From NCBI RefSeq assembly GCF_009936135.1, contig NZ_CP047901.1, positions 631,927-695,926 of the forward strand: a DNA stretch of 64,000 nt, written 5' to 3'. The translations under genes and the position numbers were made by a program. Shown piece after piece: positions 29,160-38,851 of this stretch (its first letter is position 1; the number at the start of each line of letters is the position of its first letter). This stretch comes from Candidatus Chazhemtobacterium aquaticus. GTDB taxonomy: Bacteria > Patescibacteriota > Microgenomatia > UBA1400 > Chazhemtobacteraceae. The notes under the pieces were generated by a model. That model ran no database searches and was not told the DNA's origin. It worked only from the letters and a program-made list of their open reading frames with translations.

Positions 29160-30164
29160 CTATCCTCGAGCCGTTGCCCCAATTACCGGCGCATATACTG
29201 CCCCTAATTTTGATTGATCACCTGTTACCTCTAAACCCTCAAATGGGTTACCAATAGCTACCTCAACACCCAACTGGGCCGTCATCCACTGAACCAATCC
29301 GGGAGTCAATGCCACACCTCCAGCAATAATAACCCTAGCCATCTGCCCACCTGGAAAACTCTGAGTATAATAACTTACCGCTCGCTTCATCTCACCAATT
29401 ACACCATCAAGCACTGGCTTCATCGCCAAGAGTAACTTACCCTCCAAAACATTACTCTGTACTCCATACGTTCTCTTGTACTCCTCAGCCTGCTGCAGTG
29501 TTAACTGCAAACTTGCTGTGATCGACCTGGTCAAAGCTACTCCTCCCGAACCAAACTTATATACAAACAAAAGTTGATCGTTTTCAAAAACTCCAATTCC
29601 CATTCCAGTCGCTCCCATAATAGCTACCATGGTCGCCCCTGTTAGCTTTCTCTCCAATGCTATCGCCCGTGAGGTCGTCACTAGTTCCGGTTCAATCCGC
29701 TCCGGCTCCAAACCAATCTCTGCAAACACCTCCATTAAACCATTGACTAACTTTTTATCTGCGGCCGCTAAATAAACCCTCATTTTTTCTCCCCCCGTCC
29801 TCTTAACTGGCCGATCAACCACTTCCCAAGACAGCTCAACCTCATCAAGAGGTACTGGAATATACTGTTCTGCCTCCCACCTGATCGCACTCGACAACTC
29901 TGCGTCCGACAACACTGGTAAATTTATTACTCTCGAATAAACCACACTTTCTGGTACTACAATCCTAAAACGCCTCTCACTAATCTTATACTCAACCACC
30001 ATCCGTTTAATTACCTCAGCCAAAGCATCTCTCTCCTTCTCTGTCTCCACCATTACCTTACCCACCGGGTTGCTAATCATTCCCAGAACCTCAACTTTTT
30101 TCCCGTTAACCTTAGCTAACTTAATACTAGAACTCCCTAGATCAATTCCCAAACGAGCAGGCAT
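29160..30164 (-). CDS. pilM: Type IV pilus assembly protein PilM
   Basis: GIDLGSSSIK, WEAEQYIP, AEEYKRTYG; actin-like fold. Confidence 0.9.
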   Translation of the reverse strand: MPARLGIDLGSSSIKLAKVNGKKVEVLGMISNPVGKVMVETEKERDALAEVIKRMVVEYKISERRFRIVVPESVVYSRVINLPVLSDAELSSAIRWEAEQYIPVPLDEVELSWEVVDRPVKRTGGEKMRVYLAAADKKLVNGLMEVFAEIGLEPERIEPELVTTSRAIALERKLTGATMVAIMGATGMGIGVFENDQLLFVYKFGSGGVALTRSITASLQLTLQQAEEYKRTYGVQSNVLEGKLLLAMKPVLDGVIGEMKRAVSYYTQSFPGGQMARVIIAGGVALTPGLVQWMTAQLGVEVAIGNPFEGLEVTGDQSKLGAVYAPVIGATARG

Positions 30165-30208
30165 ACCCTTATCATAACATCATCAGCATCTACAACACAC
30201 TAGAAATC

Positions 30209-31057
30209 TTAATCAGTCTGAGTTAACTGACCACCCGAATACAAGGCTGCATCAAACACAACTGGTAACACCGGTAACGTTCTTATCGCCTCAACTTTTC
30301 GAACCACACCATCCGCCGTTGACCCCGTAGAGACAATCCTATATGCCTGATCAGGTAACAGCGACCCAACAGGCAAGGGAGACACTCCAATTTTTCCTCG
30401 GTTATACAACATTCTCACTCTAACAATCACATCCTCAGCCACAATTGGTACATTAGCTCTAGCTCCAAAACTAACACCCATAAAACTTCCTGGATTCACC
30501 GTTGCTGTATCAAAATTGTTCGAAGCTCTCCTGGTTGCATCTGGATCGAAAGCATAATGCACTGTTCGATAATCACTATCAGAAAACTGCTGATATTTAA
30601 TTACCTCCACTGCTCCAGTAGGGGACTCATTCGACTCACCCCGGTCTGCCCAATATATATCCAAACTTGTAGGTGGACTTGCCGAACCTGTCACATTAAC
30701 CTCAACCACCTCTCCAGTTTCGATTGCTACATTTGTCACCTGACCATCCGCTCCCTCACTTTGGGCATCAGTTTCAAAACTTGCCTCATTCACCGTCCCC
30801 TCAAAAGATCCACCGATACTAATATTCCTCAATGCTTCCTCAATACCCGCCTCTGCAGCCTTCAAGGCCTGAGATGAACTCTGTTCAACTCCTGCCAATC
30901 TCAAATCAGAAACTGATCGACTTACTACTGACAACACAATCACCCCCATCACCACCAATACCAATACCACTATCAACGCCACCTGACCTTGCTGATCTCG
31001 CACACCATTCTTCATAAACCCATTCTGACCAATTCTTCTTTTAGAGTCAAACATCAA
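30209..31057 (-). CDS. PilX-like minor pilin
   Basis: GQVALIVVL hydrophobic N-terminus; ALKAAEAGIEEAL. Confidence 0.8.
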   Translation of the reverse strand: MMFDSKRRIGQNGFMKNGVRDQQGQVALIVVLVLVVMGVIVLSVVSRSVSDLRLAGVEQSSSQALKAAEAGIEEALRNISIGGSFEGTVNEASFETDAQSEGADGQVTNVAIETGEVVEVNVTGSASPPTSLDIYWADRGESNESPTGAVEVIKYQQFSDSDYRTVHYAFDPDATRRASNNFDTATVNPGSFMGVSFGARANVPIVAEDVIVRVRMLYNRGKIGVSPLPVGSLLPDQAYRIVSTGSTADGVVRKVEAIRTLPVLPVVFDAALYSGGQLTQTD

Positions 31058-31566
31058 TAGTTCCTCAAATTAATCACTGATTCATAACTAGCCTCCGTTT
31101 CAGCTCCTCCACCGGCATCTGTTCTTACTGCATTAAACCTAACCGTCACCTGATCCGGAATTCCCTGCGACCTGACACACTCAAAAACCAAGTCAGAGAT
31201 CACCACCGCCTCTCCACTTATAACCGCCCCATTAGATGCCAATTGGCCGTTATCCAATGAAAAAACAGTGGACCTGCCATCCCAACTCTCCACCGTCAAA
31301 CTATCGCTTGTAGCCGGACAATCTCCACCACCAACACTAACCGATTGTGCATTCCTAACAAATCTTTCTAAGATAGACAAACTCATCTGAGCATTCTGAT
31401 CTAGAGTCATAATCGTATCCGCCTTAGTTCCACCCCTAAATGACCTAAAAAACATCCCCATAATCGTCACAATAATCATCCCCAAAATCCCTACTGTCAC
31501 CATTAACTCCATTAACGTAAATCCTTTTATCTTATGACCATTTCTTTTCATCATCTTACCTCCCAC
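31054..31566 (-). CDS. Minor pilin (PilW-like)
   Basis: Prepilin cleavage motif GFTLMELMV. Confidence 0.8.
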   Translation of the reverse strand: MGGKMMKRNGHKIKGFTLMELMVTVGILGMIIVTIMGMFFRSFRGGTKADTIMTLDQNAQMSLSILERFVRNAQSVSVGGGDCPATSDSLTVESWDGRSTVFSLDNGQLASNGAVISGEAVVISDLVFECVRSQGIPDQVTVRFNAVRTDAGGGAETEASYESVINLRNY

Positions 31567-31964
31567 TTACTTAAATAAGTACTCCCCGACACCGCATAAT
31601 CATTTGCTCCATCTACCCATGTTACCTCAACCTCAATCTCAATCTGCTCCCCAGGAACAATCTCGGTATACGAGGTTGTCAAGCTGTACACCGGATTAGT
31701 TCCGACCTGTTCGGTCGGATCAGTCCGGTTTCCCAATCCAAAAAAACCGTCAGGATCAGTGTCGCGCTCTCTTCTTGCCTCTTCCAACCTATTTTCAATC
31801 AAGTGCCTTGCTTCCACCCTTTCCTTGGCTACTCTGGTTGTCTTGATTCCGATTGTTACTGCCATCACCATACTAGTTAACACTAAACCCATCACTCCAA
31901 TCGCTACCACAATCTCAACCAATGACTGCCCTTGTTTCTTGTTGTGATTAATCATACTTTTCAT
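31551..31964 (-). CDS. Minor pilin (PilV-like)
   Basis: GQSLVEIVVAIG; LEEAR; VEVTW. Confidence 0.78.
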   Translation of the reverse strand: MKSMINHNKKQGQSLVEIVVAIGVMGLVLTSMVMAVTIGIKTTRVAKERVEARHLIENRLEEARRERDTDPDGFFGLGNRTDPTEQVGTNPVYSLTTSYTEIVPGEQIEIEVEVTWVDGANDYAVSGSTYLSKWEVR

Positions 31965-31965
31965 A

Positions 31966-32454
31966 TCAACAACCTCCGGGTAACTCGTCGCTCACCTCAA
32001 TCGAGCCAGCACTCCCAACCTCAACTTGATAATGATAGTTTATCTCAGGCACACATACCGTAATTGTCGCCGCCGTTGCTCCACCTTTTACCGAACCAAA
32101 AACAATCGTCCCTAAAGTACTACTTAACGTCACATCATTCATCTCAACCCTGGTTTCTGGAGGAACTGCCCCCAAACAAACAGCCGACATCACCACCGCA
32201 TCACTCTCAACAACTACCTGATAACCACTTAATGGAAAACTACCGCACTCAACCGGCCTCTCACCCGCCAACGCCTTTCTTTGTGCCTCACGTAATGTCT
32301 GCTCAACTACCTTCATATCCGCAATTCCCACTCGCTTATCTCTAAAATCTAAAAAAACCGCCATCCCCATACCCGACAACAAAGCAATTATCCCCACCGC
32401 CACAACCAACTCCACCATTGTAAAACCAGCTATACCAACTCTTCGACCTATCAT
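31966..32454 (-). CDS. Minor pilin (FimT/GspH-like)
   Basis: GFTMVELVV; LREAQRKAL. Confidence 0.78.
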   Translation of the reverse strand: MIGRRVGIAGFTMVELVVAVGIIALLSGMGMAVFLDFRDKRVGIADMKVVEQTLREAQRKALAGERPVECGSFPLSGYQVVVESDAVVMSAVCLGAVPPETRVEMNDVTLSSTLGTIVFGSVKGGATAATITVCVPEINYHYQVEVGSAGSIEVSDELPGGC

Positions 32455-32834
32455 GGATTATTCAAGCAATATGGACTGGTCTCACCACTTCCCTCCATAG
32501 TTGTAGCACACAAGGTGTACTGGGTAGGGGACACGTATGTATAACTATATCCAAAACCCGTCTGACCATCCTTTGGATCAGTTGGCACCGGGTCAAGATA
32601 AGTTTGTCCATCACAAACAATTGCGGTACCCAAAGAAGCTGGATACGCCCCACTTTCAGCTCGACATATCTCCAAAGCTGCCCTTATCTGTTCCAAGTCA
32701 CCTTTACGTTTACTGTCTCTGGCATTTGCATTTGTTGATGAGAAACTAGCCATCGCAATGCCTGAGATAACTGCAATAATCGTAATAACCACCAACAACT
32801 CAACAAAAGTAAAACCTGCTTCCTTTATTCTCAT
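32451..32834 (-). CDS. Type IV pilin (GspG-like)
   Basis: GFTFVELLVV; ARDSKRKGDL...ALE...YP...PTDP. Confidence 0.85.
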   Translation of the reverse strand: MRIKEAGFTFVELLVVITIIAVISGIAMASFSSTNANARDSKRKGDLEQIRAALEICRAESGAYPASLGTAIVCDGQTYLDPVPTDPKDGQTGFGYSYTYVSPTQYTLCATTMEGSGETSPYCLNNP

Positions 32835-33295
32835 TGTTTGTTTTGTACACAGAAATAATTCTTATCTCCCGTTCCAGTCCAGGTACAATCAGTTCCTGAT
32901 CGACCATATGCATTACCACCCCCAGCTGCCTCCATCTCCACACAAATACAGTACTCAGTTGCCGCACAGAATGCCCCTGATCCACCACTCCTCGTGTTAC
33001 CAGTCGGATCAGTGTACTCAAAACCCCACTTGGGATCAGTTGGTATCCCGGCTGATAAATAATCCTCATAACCAGTACAATCCGCCGCGCTCGGGTATGA
33101 ATACTTCGCTACCGCATTGTCTGCGTAATAGGCTTCCAAAGCATTAGCAATCGCCTCCAGATCTTGTCTTCGCCTCGAATCGCGACTCCGATTCTGTGCC
33201 GAACTATAAGAAACCGTTCCAATAGCCACCAAGATTCCAATAATACCAATCACAACCAACAGCTCAAGCAATGTAAAACCTTTTCTATCTTTCAT
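32831..33295 (-). CDS. Type IV pilin (GspG-like)
   Basis: GFTLLELLVV; SRDSRRRQDL...ALEAYY...PTDP. Confidence 0.85.
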   Translation of the reverse strand: MKDRKGFTLLELLVVIGIIGILVAIGTVSYSSAQNRSRDSRRRQDLEAIANALEAYYADNAVAKYSYPSAADCTGYEDYLSAGIPTDPKWGFEYTDPTGNTRSGGSGAFCAATEYCICVEMEAAGGGNAYGRSGTDCTWTGTGDKNYFCVQNKQ

Positions 33296-33297
33296 AT

Positions 33298-33762
33298 TTA
33301 TGGCTCAGTTAAAGTATAACTATATCCATTAGTACACACCGAAGAGTTATTTGATCCACCTGGCTTATTCTTGTCAGCATCAGGATCAGCTGCGTTTTCA
33401 AGACAGGCAATCAAAAAATATTCCAATGGATCAACTGCTAAGTCGGCGTAATACCAATAATCTGGCCACTCATCAACCTGTCTATGTGTTGGGTCAATTG
33501 GAAACTCCTTCATGTACCCTCCGCTTACAATGACAGTTTGATAATCAATTCTTGATGGATACGTCTGAGGATTTTGATCATTCTTATACAACTCCAAGGC
33601 TTTCTGCACTTGATCCAAATCACCCTTTCTCTGAGCATCTCTTGCCCTCTCCCTGGCCCCTTGCAAGTTTACCGTCACCAAAGCCGTTAAAATGCCGATT
33701 ATCCCCACCACCACCAACAACTCAATCAACGTAAAACCTTTTTCGTTATTCTTGTTTAGCAT
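33298..33762 (-). CDS. Type IV pilin (GspG-like)
   Basis: GFTLIELLVV; ARDAQRKGDL...ALELY...PIDP. Confidence 0.85.
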   Translation of the reverse strand: MLNKNNEKGFTLIELLVVVGIIGILTALVTVNLQGARERARDAQRKGDLDQVQKALELYKNDQNPQTYPSRIDYQTVIVSGGYMKEFPIDPTHRQVDEWPDYWYYADLAVDPLEYFLIACLENAADPDADKNKPGGSNNSSVCTNGYSYTLTEP

Positions 33763-34268
33763 GGCTCTGTACTTAATGGTGGTTCTAAATCAACATTAGC
33801 ACTACTCATACCATAAGTACACGCCTCACCAATAGCGGTACAGCTTTGCGTATACTCAACCCAGTTTGGATCTCGCTCATTCTCAAGCCGAGTATACAAC
33901 TGATAGCTTCTCTGATCAGTGCTGGTCAAGTATATATATGTCCAATCATTCTTTGGATCTACCGGCAACTGCTTCATGTATATCTTGTCAGTCGTCTCAA
34001 ACGCTTCACCCCACGCACAAGCATCATCGCCATCATTACATCCCCCCACCACACCACCGGTACATGCTCTTGGATACACTCCATAATCATTGTTATACGC
34101 CTCCAAAGCCCTGGCAATCTGCGACAAATCAGATTTTCTACCGGCATCTCTTGATTTCTCAAGACTAACTGCATAGGCAGCATAACCAACACTCGCCAAA
34201 ATACCCATAATCGCCATTGCTACCAAAATCTCCATTAACGTAAAACCCTTCACATCCTTAAACCTCAT
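33756..34268 (-). CDS. Type IV pilin (GspG-like)
   Basis: GFTLMEILV; SRDAGRKSDL...ALEAY...PVDP. Confidence 0.85.
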   Translation of the reverse strand: MRFKDVKGFTLMEILVAMAIMGILASVGYAAYAVSLEKSRDAGRKSDLSQIARALEAYNNDYGVYPRACTGGVVGGCNDGDDACAWGEAFETTDKIYMKQLPVDPKNDWTYIYLTSTDQRSYQLYTRLENERDPNWVEYTQSCTAIGEACTYGMSSANVDLEPPLSTEPC

Positions 34269-34281
34269 ATCTTCAACTATA

Positions 34282-34872
34282 TTAGTTTATACAGCTTGGA
34301 TCAACTATACATCTATCCCCAGCCGCATTACATCGATAACCGGCTCCCGGACAACACGCACTACACTGCATCGGGAAACAATATTTAGTCAATGTTCCGC
34401 AAGTCGGATCAGCTCCGGTATCGATCACTACCTCGGCATCGCCATTGGTTACATAATAATTAAAACTCATGTCCCCCCCGGGACCACAACCATCACTGCA
34501 ACCGACTCGCTGAATAATCGGATCATTTGTCGCCTCAAGCCGCGCATAAATGTAAATCAAATTACACCCCAATTTTTCGTAAACGTAATAATGAACACTG
34601 TTATCTAAAGGATCACAGGGTACTCGGTCAAGATATGGCCTTAAAGACTCACTGCCACACTGCATTACATCCTCCTCAGGAAAACACAACGTATCATCGT
34701 AATAACCATACAAACCTCTCATCCACTCATTCATATCTGCCTTCCTCTGAGCATCTCTAGATTTCTTTAACTGATGGTCCCAAGCCGCGTATGACAAAAT
34801 GGCAAACATTGCCAGCAATGCTACTACTACCAACAGCTCAACCGTCGTTAAACCCTTCACTCCCTTCCTCAT
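34282..34872 (-). CDS. Type IV pilin with Cys-rich C-terminal domain
   Basis: GLTTVELLVV; SRDAQRKADM; many C-terminal cysteines. Confidence 0.8.
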   Translation of the reverse strand: MRKGVKGLTTVELLVVVALLAMFAILSYAAWDHQLKKSRDAQRKADMNEWMRGLYGYYDDTLCFPEEDVMQCGSESLRPYLDRVPCDPLDNSVHYYVYEKLGCNLIYIYARLEATNDPIIQRVGCSDGCGPGGDMSFNYYVTNGDAEVVIDTGADPTCGTLTKYCFPMQCSACCPGAGYRCNAAGDRCIVDPSCIN

Positions 34873-34929
34873 ACCTTAAGCGTATCACAAACATTACTAT
34901 CAACAGACTCTGATCAAAGACATTTTTCT

Positions 34930-35736
34930 TTATCGCAACAAGCCAAAGTACCACTCCCAGATTAACTCATGCCACAACAAGGCCATCACCGTCCCTAATA
35001 CCAAGAAGGGGCCAAAAGGTATAGTTTGACCAAATCTCTTTCTCCCCAAAGCCAGCAACACCACAGCCACTACAGCTCCGCTCATAAACGACAACATTGT
35101 CGCCACAATAGTCCCCCTCAATCCCAATAACAATCCCAAGCTTGGTGCCAGCTTCACATCACCTAAACCAAACCCCTTTCTCTTCGTCAATAAATATAAC
35201 CCATAGAAAAATAACGCCAAGCCAATTCCTGCGACCACCGCCATCCAAAAATCCTGCGGTCTCATAATACCCATCACTACCAATGCCACCCTATAACCTA
35301 AAACTAAGACCAATAACAACATATTCACCGCATTAGGAATCACTCCATACCATAGATCAAAGACTAAAACTAACAGAAGTAATACTCCTACCATTAGCCA
35401 AAAATATGGCTGGACGAGTTCTAGTGGAGTGTTAACGAGTAGGAAAAATCCTTTACCCATCACATACCACCAAACAAACAACAACGCAGTCAATCCCTCA
35501 ACCACGGGATACTGCCAAGATATTCTTTTCTTACAATGCGCACATTTACCCCGAAGAAATAAAAAAGAGAGTAGGGGAATGTTGTGCTTCCACGAAATCT
35601 GCTTTTTACAGTGAGGGCAAACTGATCTACCCTTCAAAGGCGACTCACCATAGATAGTTCGATATACCACCACATTAAGAAAACTTCCAATCACCAAACC
35701 AAATATAAAAAGCCAAAACACCCAGTACCAAAACAT
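34930..35736 (-). CDS. pilD: Prepilin peptidase
   Basis: GSFLNVV.YR, RSVCPHC...GKCAHC, GLGDVKL, PFGPFL. Confidence 0.95.
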   Translation of the reverse strand: MFWYWVFWLFIFGLVIGSFLNVVVYRTIYGESPLKGRSVCPHCKKQISWKHNIPLLSFLFLRGKCAHCKKRISWQYPVVEGLTALLFVWWYVMGKGFFLLVNTPLELVQPYFWLMVGVLLLLVLVFDLWYGVIPNAVNMLLLVLVLGYRVALVVMGIMRPQDFWMAVVAGIGLALFFYGLYLLTKRKGFGLGDVKLAPSLGLLLGLRGTIVATMLSFMSGAVVAVVLLALGRKRFGQTIPFGPFLVLGTVMALLWHELIWEWYFGLLR

Positions 35737-35815
35737 GCCCTCAACTATACAATCTCTCCATCAAACATTAAACCCCTAATCAAACACCAACCAAATAATG
35801 GATACCTTTAACTAA

Positions 35816-35839
35816 AATACCCACCGGAAGGTGGGTATT
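35816..35839 (-). terminator. Terminator hairpin after the stand-alone pilin
   Basis: Perfect 10-bp stem AATACCCACC-N4-GGTGGGTATT. Confidence 0.65.
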
Positions 35840-35866
35840 CCCAATTCAATTTAAAAACTTTTGGTA

Positions 35867-36430
35867 TTACTTAGCACACCAGTAACAAGCGGCAGTTCCT
35901 GGACCAATAGTTGCCTTGTTCTCAGTGGTGCAGGTCGTAGCAGATAAATCAGTCTGACCATCCTGACTGTATCGAGTACCTGCATCAGCAAACACGGACT
36001 TGCTAGTTGGCTCAAAACAGATCGACAGAGACACTGCGGAAGGCGAGTTTATATATATGTTACCAGCCGTGCCACTTCCCACTGCAGACATAAAGTCAGG
36101 CTTAAGCTCTCCATCAGTAATCAGCGGATCAATACACCCAGCTGTGTTTAAAGCACTCAAAGCCAGAGGCCCACCAGAGAAATCAGCCACACAAGCATCA
36201 TCATTCCAGGGCAAGTCACCATGAGTAGCGTAGTACCTGATAAATCCGTTGTGCAACTCAACTACTTGGTTACGAGTATTGCTGTCTCGACCTTTCTTAA
36301 GCTGTTCAAATGGGTCTACTGCCGCCAACAAACCAGCTGCCAAGATTCCCAAAACTCCGATAACAATAAGTAGCTCAATTAATGTAAAACCTTGGGGTTG
36401 GTTGTGTCTTATCATGATTTTCATTTTCAA
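35867..36430 (-). CDS. Type IV pilin, candidate major pilin
   Basis: GFTLIELLIVIGVLGIL; TTGACA upstream and its own terminator. Confidence 0.82.
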   Translation of the reverse strand: MKMKIMIRHNQPQGFTLIELLIVIGVLGILAAGLLAAVDPFEQLKKGRDSNTRNQVVELHNGFIRYYATHGDLPWNDDACVADFSGGPLALSALNTAGCIDPLITDGELKPDFMSAVGSGTAGNIYINSPSAVSLSICFEPTSKSVFADAGTRYSQDGQTDLSATTCTTENKATIGPGTAACYWCAK

Positions 36431-36543
36431 ATAAATAATTATCCCTTGTCAAGTACCACTCTACCAATCCCTAAAAACAAATGCAACACAAGCTTTTTCC
36501 TGATAGTTTCAAGCCTGTGATTACTAATTTACTAATTAACACG

Positions 36544-37752
36544 CTAAAACTGACTAGTCAAATTATAAATTGGCATAATTACTGCCATCACCAAAAATCC
36601 TACTCCCACACCCATCACCGCCATAATCATCGGTTCTATGGCTGTAGTTAAGTTCTTCACTGCCTGTTCTGACTCACCCTCAAAATAATCTGCCAACTTA
36701 TCAAGAATCTCATCCATCTTTCCCGTTTGCTCACCCACCGCAATCATTTGAGGGACAATCGGCGGAAACTCACCCAGCTCTGCCAAAACCAGACCCAATG
36801 ACTGACCTTTCTCGACTTTTGAGGCCGCCATCATCATCTTCGCTCCAATTATCTTACTTCCCACTGCAGCTGAAGTAATCCTCAAAGCATCCAAAATAGA
36901 AATACCTGCACTAATCAACAAGCTCATTGTTCTGGCAAACTCTGTCATTACCATCTTCAATCTAAGCTCTCCTACCACCGGCATCTTCATTAAAGTCTCC
37001 TCAATCATCACACTCCCCACGTCAGTTCTCGACCACTTAAGAAACACATACCCAATCGCACCAAAAATTAACAACAACAAATACCAGAACTTAACCGCAA
37101 AATCACTCGCCCCAATCAATATCTGAGTAGGTAGAGGTAGTTCTGCCCCAAAATCCTTATACATCTCAGTCATCCTCGGCACCACAAAGATCATCATAAT
37201 TACCGCCACAATCACCATACCAATAATAATGATCATCGGATAAACCATGGCCCCTTTAGTCTTGCTTCTAAAATCTCTTTGCTTCTCCATTGTCTCAGCC
37301 AATCGCTTCAACACTTCATCAAGAACACCAGCCGCCTCACCTGCCTTTACCAAAGCGATGTATATATCATCAAACACTCCATCGCCAGACTCCTCCATAG
37401 CTATTGCCAAAGTTTTACCGCCCTCTACTTCCTCTAAAACTTTTGACACCACCCGACTCATCGCTGGGGGACTCTGTACTCGCAAGATAGACAATGACTC
37501 AGTTAGCGGCAAACCAGCCGACACCATCGTCGACAACTGGCGAGTAAAGTTAACCACATCATCCACCTTCACCCGCTCAAAGCGACGCATAATCTCCTTA
37601 ATCTCACTCTCTTTTTCTTCCTCTACCTTGATAATTAAATAACCTCTACCCCTAAGCAGTTTAGAAGCATGGTCCAAACTCGACGCCTCAAGTACTCCAT
37701 CCAATGTCTTACCTTCTTCATTCTTTACTCTATAACCAAACTGCTTAGCCAT
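36544..37752 (-). CDS. pilC: Type IV pilus platform protein PilC
   Basis: FTRQLSTMVSAGLPL, AGEAAG.L, VGEQTG, IEP motifs. Confidence 0.93.
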   Translation of the reverse strand: MAKQFGYRVKNEEGKTLDGVLEASSLDHASKLLRGRGYLIIKVEEEKESEIKEIMRRFERVKVDDVVNFTRQLSTMVSAGLPLTESLSILRVQSPPAMSRVVSKVLEEVEGGKTLAIAMEESGDGVFDDIYIALVKAGEAAGVLDEVLKRLAETMEKQRDFRSKTKGAMVYPMIIIIGMVIVAVIMMIFVVPRMTEMYKDFGAELPLPTQILIGASDFAVKFWYLLLLIFGAIGYVFLKWSRTDVGSVMIEETLMKMPVVGELRLKMVMTEFARTMSLLISAGISILDALRITSAAVGSKIIGAKMMMAASKVEKGQSLGLVLAELGEFPPIVPQMIAVGEQTGKMDEILDKLADYFEGESEQAVKNLTTAIEPMIMAVMGVGVGFLVMAVIMPIYNLTSQF

Positions 37753-37758
37753 ATATCT

Positions 37759-38847
37759 CTACCTTCCTCTAATCAGTCTTGATAAATCAGCTGGTCGTAA
37801 ACTAAATTCTCTAGCTTTCTCAAAACTGACCACACCCTGATTTACCCAGTTAGCCAGTGAACTCTCCAAAGTCATCATCCCGAGTTCCGAGGAAGTCTGG
37901 ATAATACTATCCAACTGGTGACTCTTACCCTCTCTAATATTGTTTCTAACTGCTGGTGTTGCTACTAGCACTTCAGCTGCTGGCACCCGACCCGTACCAT
38001 CAGCCGTTGGTACTAATCGCTGCGAAAAAACAGCCTCAAGTGAGTTAGACAGCTGCATCATTACCTGGTTCTGCTGATCCTCTGGGAAACTGTCTACAAT
38101 TCGATCTATCGTTTGGGCCGCACTGTTAGTATGCAAAGTAGCAAACACCAAATGACCCGTCTCGGCCACTGTCATCGCCGCCGCAATCGTCTCTGGGTCA
38201 CGCATCTCTCCCACCAAAACCACATCCGGGTCTTCTCGCAACACACTCCGCAACGCCCCCGACCAGGTTAGAGTATCATCACCCATCTCTCTCTGAGAAA
38301 TCAGTGAACCTCTATTGCTATACACATACTCAACCGGATCCTCAATTGTCACAATATGTTCCGTCCGGTTTTGATTTATCTCCTCAATTACAGCCGCCAA
38401 GGTTGTACTTTTTCCATGGCCGGTCGGACCAGTCACCAACACAAACCCCTGGCGCAATCTGGCAAACTGGTGACAAACAGCTGGCAACTTCAGTTCATCA
38501 ATACTAGGTATCCTCTCAGCTATAGCTCGAAGCGCCAAAGCCAAACTTTGTTTCTGCCAATAAGCATTGGCTCGAAACCTTCCCACTCCCTCCAAAGCCA
38601 CCGAAAAATCAAGCTCGCGAAACTTAACCAATTTATGCTGTTGCTCCTCACTCAAAATTGAAAAAACCAGCTGTTCAACCTGTTTTGAATTCAATACCTC
38701 CATGTTCTCTATTGACCTCAAGGTCCCGTGAACCCTAATCGTTGGTGGAGATCCAACAATCAAATGCAAATCAGACGCCCCCATCTTAAATGTGGTCGTC
38801 ATCAAGTTATGCATTATCGTTTTATATGTCGCGCTGTTATTTTCCAT
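37759..38847 (-). CDS. pilT: Pilus retraction ATPase PilT
   Basis: ASDLHL, GPTGHGKST, LREDPD, AETGHLVFATLH, AVRNNIRE. Confidence 0.94.
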   Translation of the reverse strand: MENNSATYKTIMHNLMTTTFKMGASDLHLIVGSPPTIRVHGTLRSIENMEVLNSKQVEQLVFSILSEEQQHKLVKFRELDFSVALEGVGRFRANAYWQKQSLALALRAIAERIPSIDELKLPAVCHQFARLRQGFVLVTGPTGHGKSTTLAAVIEEINQNRTEHIVTIEDPVEYVYSNRGSLISQREMGDDTLTWSGALRSVLREDPDVVLVGEMRDPETIAAAMTVAETGHLVFATLHTNSAAQTIDRIVDSFPEDQQNQVMMQLSNSLEAVFSQRLVPTADGTGRVPAAEVLVATPAVRNNIREGKSHQLDSIIQTSSELGMMTLESSLANWVNQGVVSFEKAREFSLRPADLSRLIRGR

Positions 38848-38851
38848 ATGT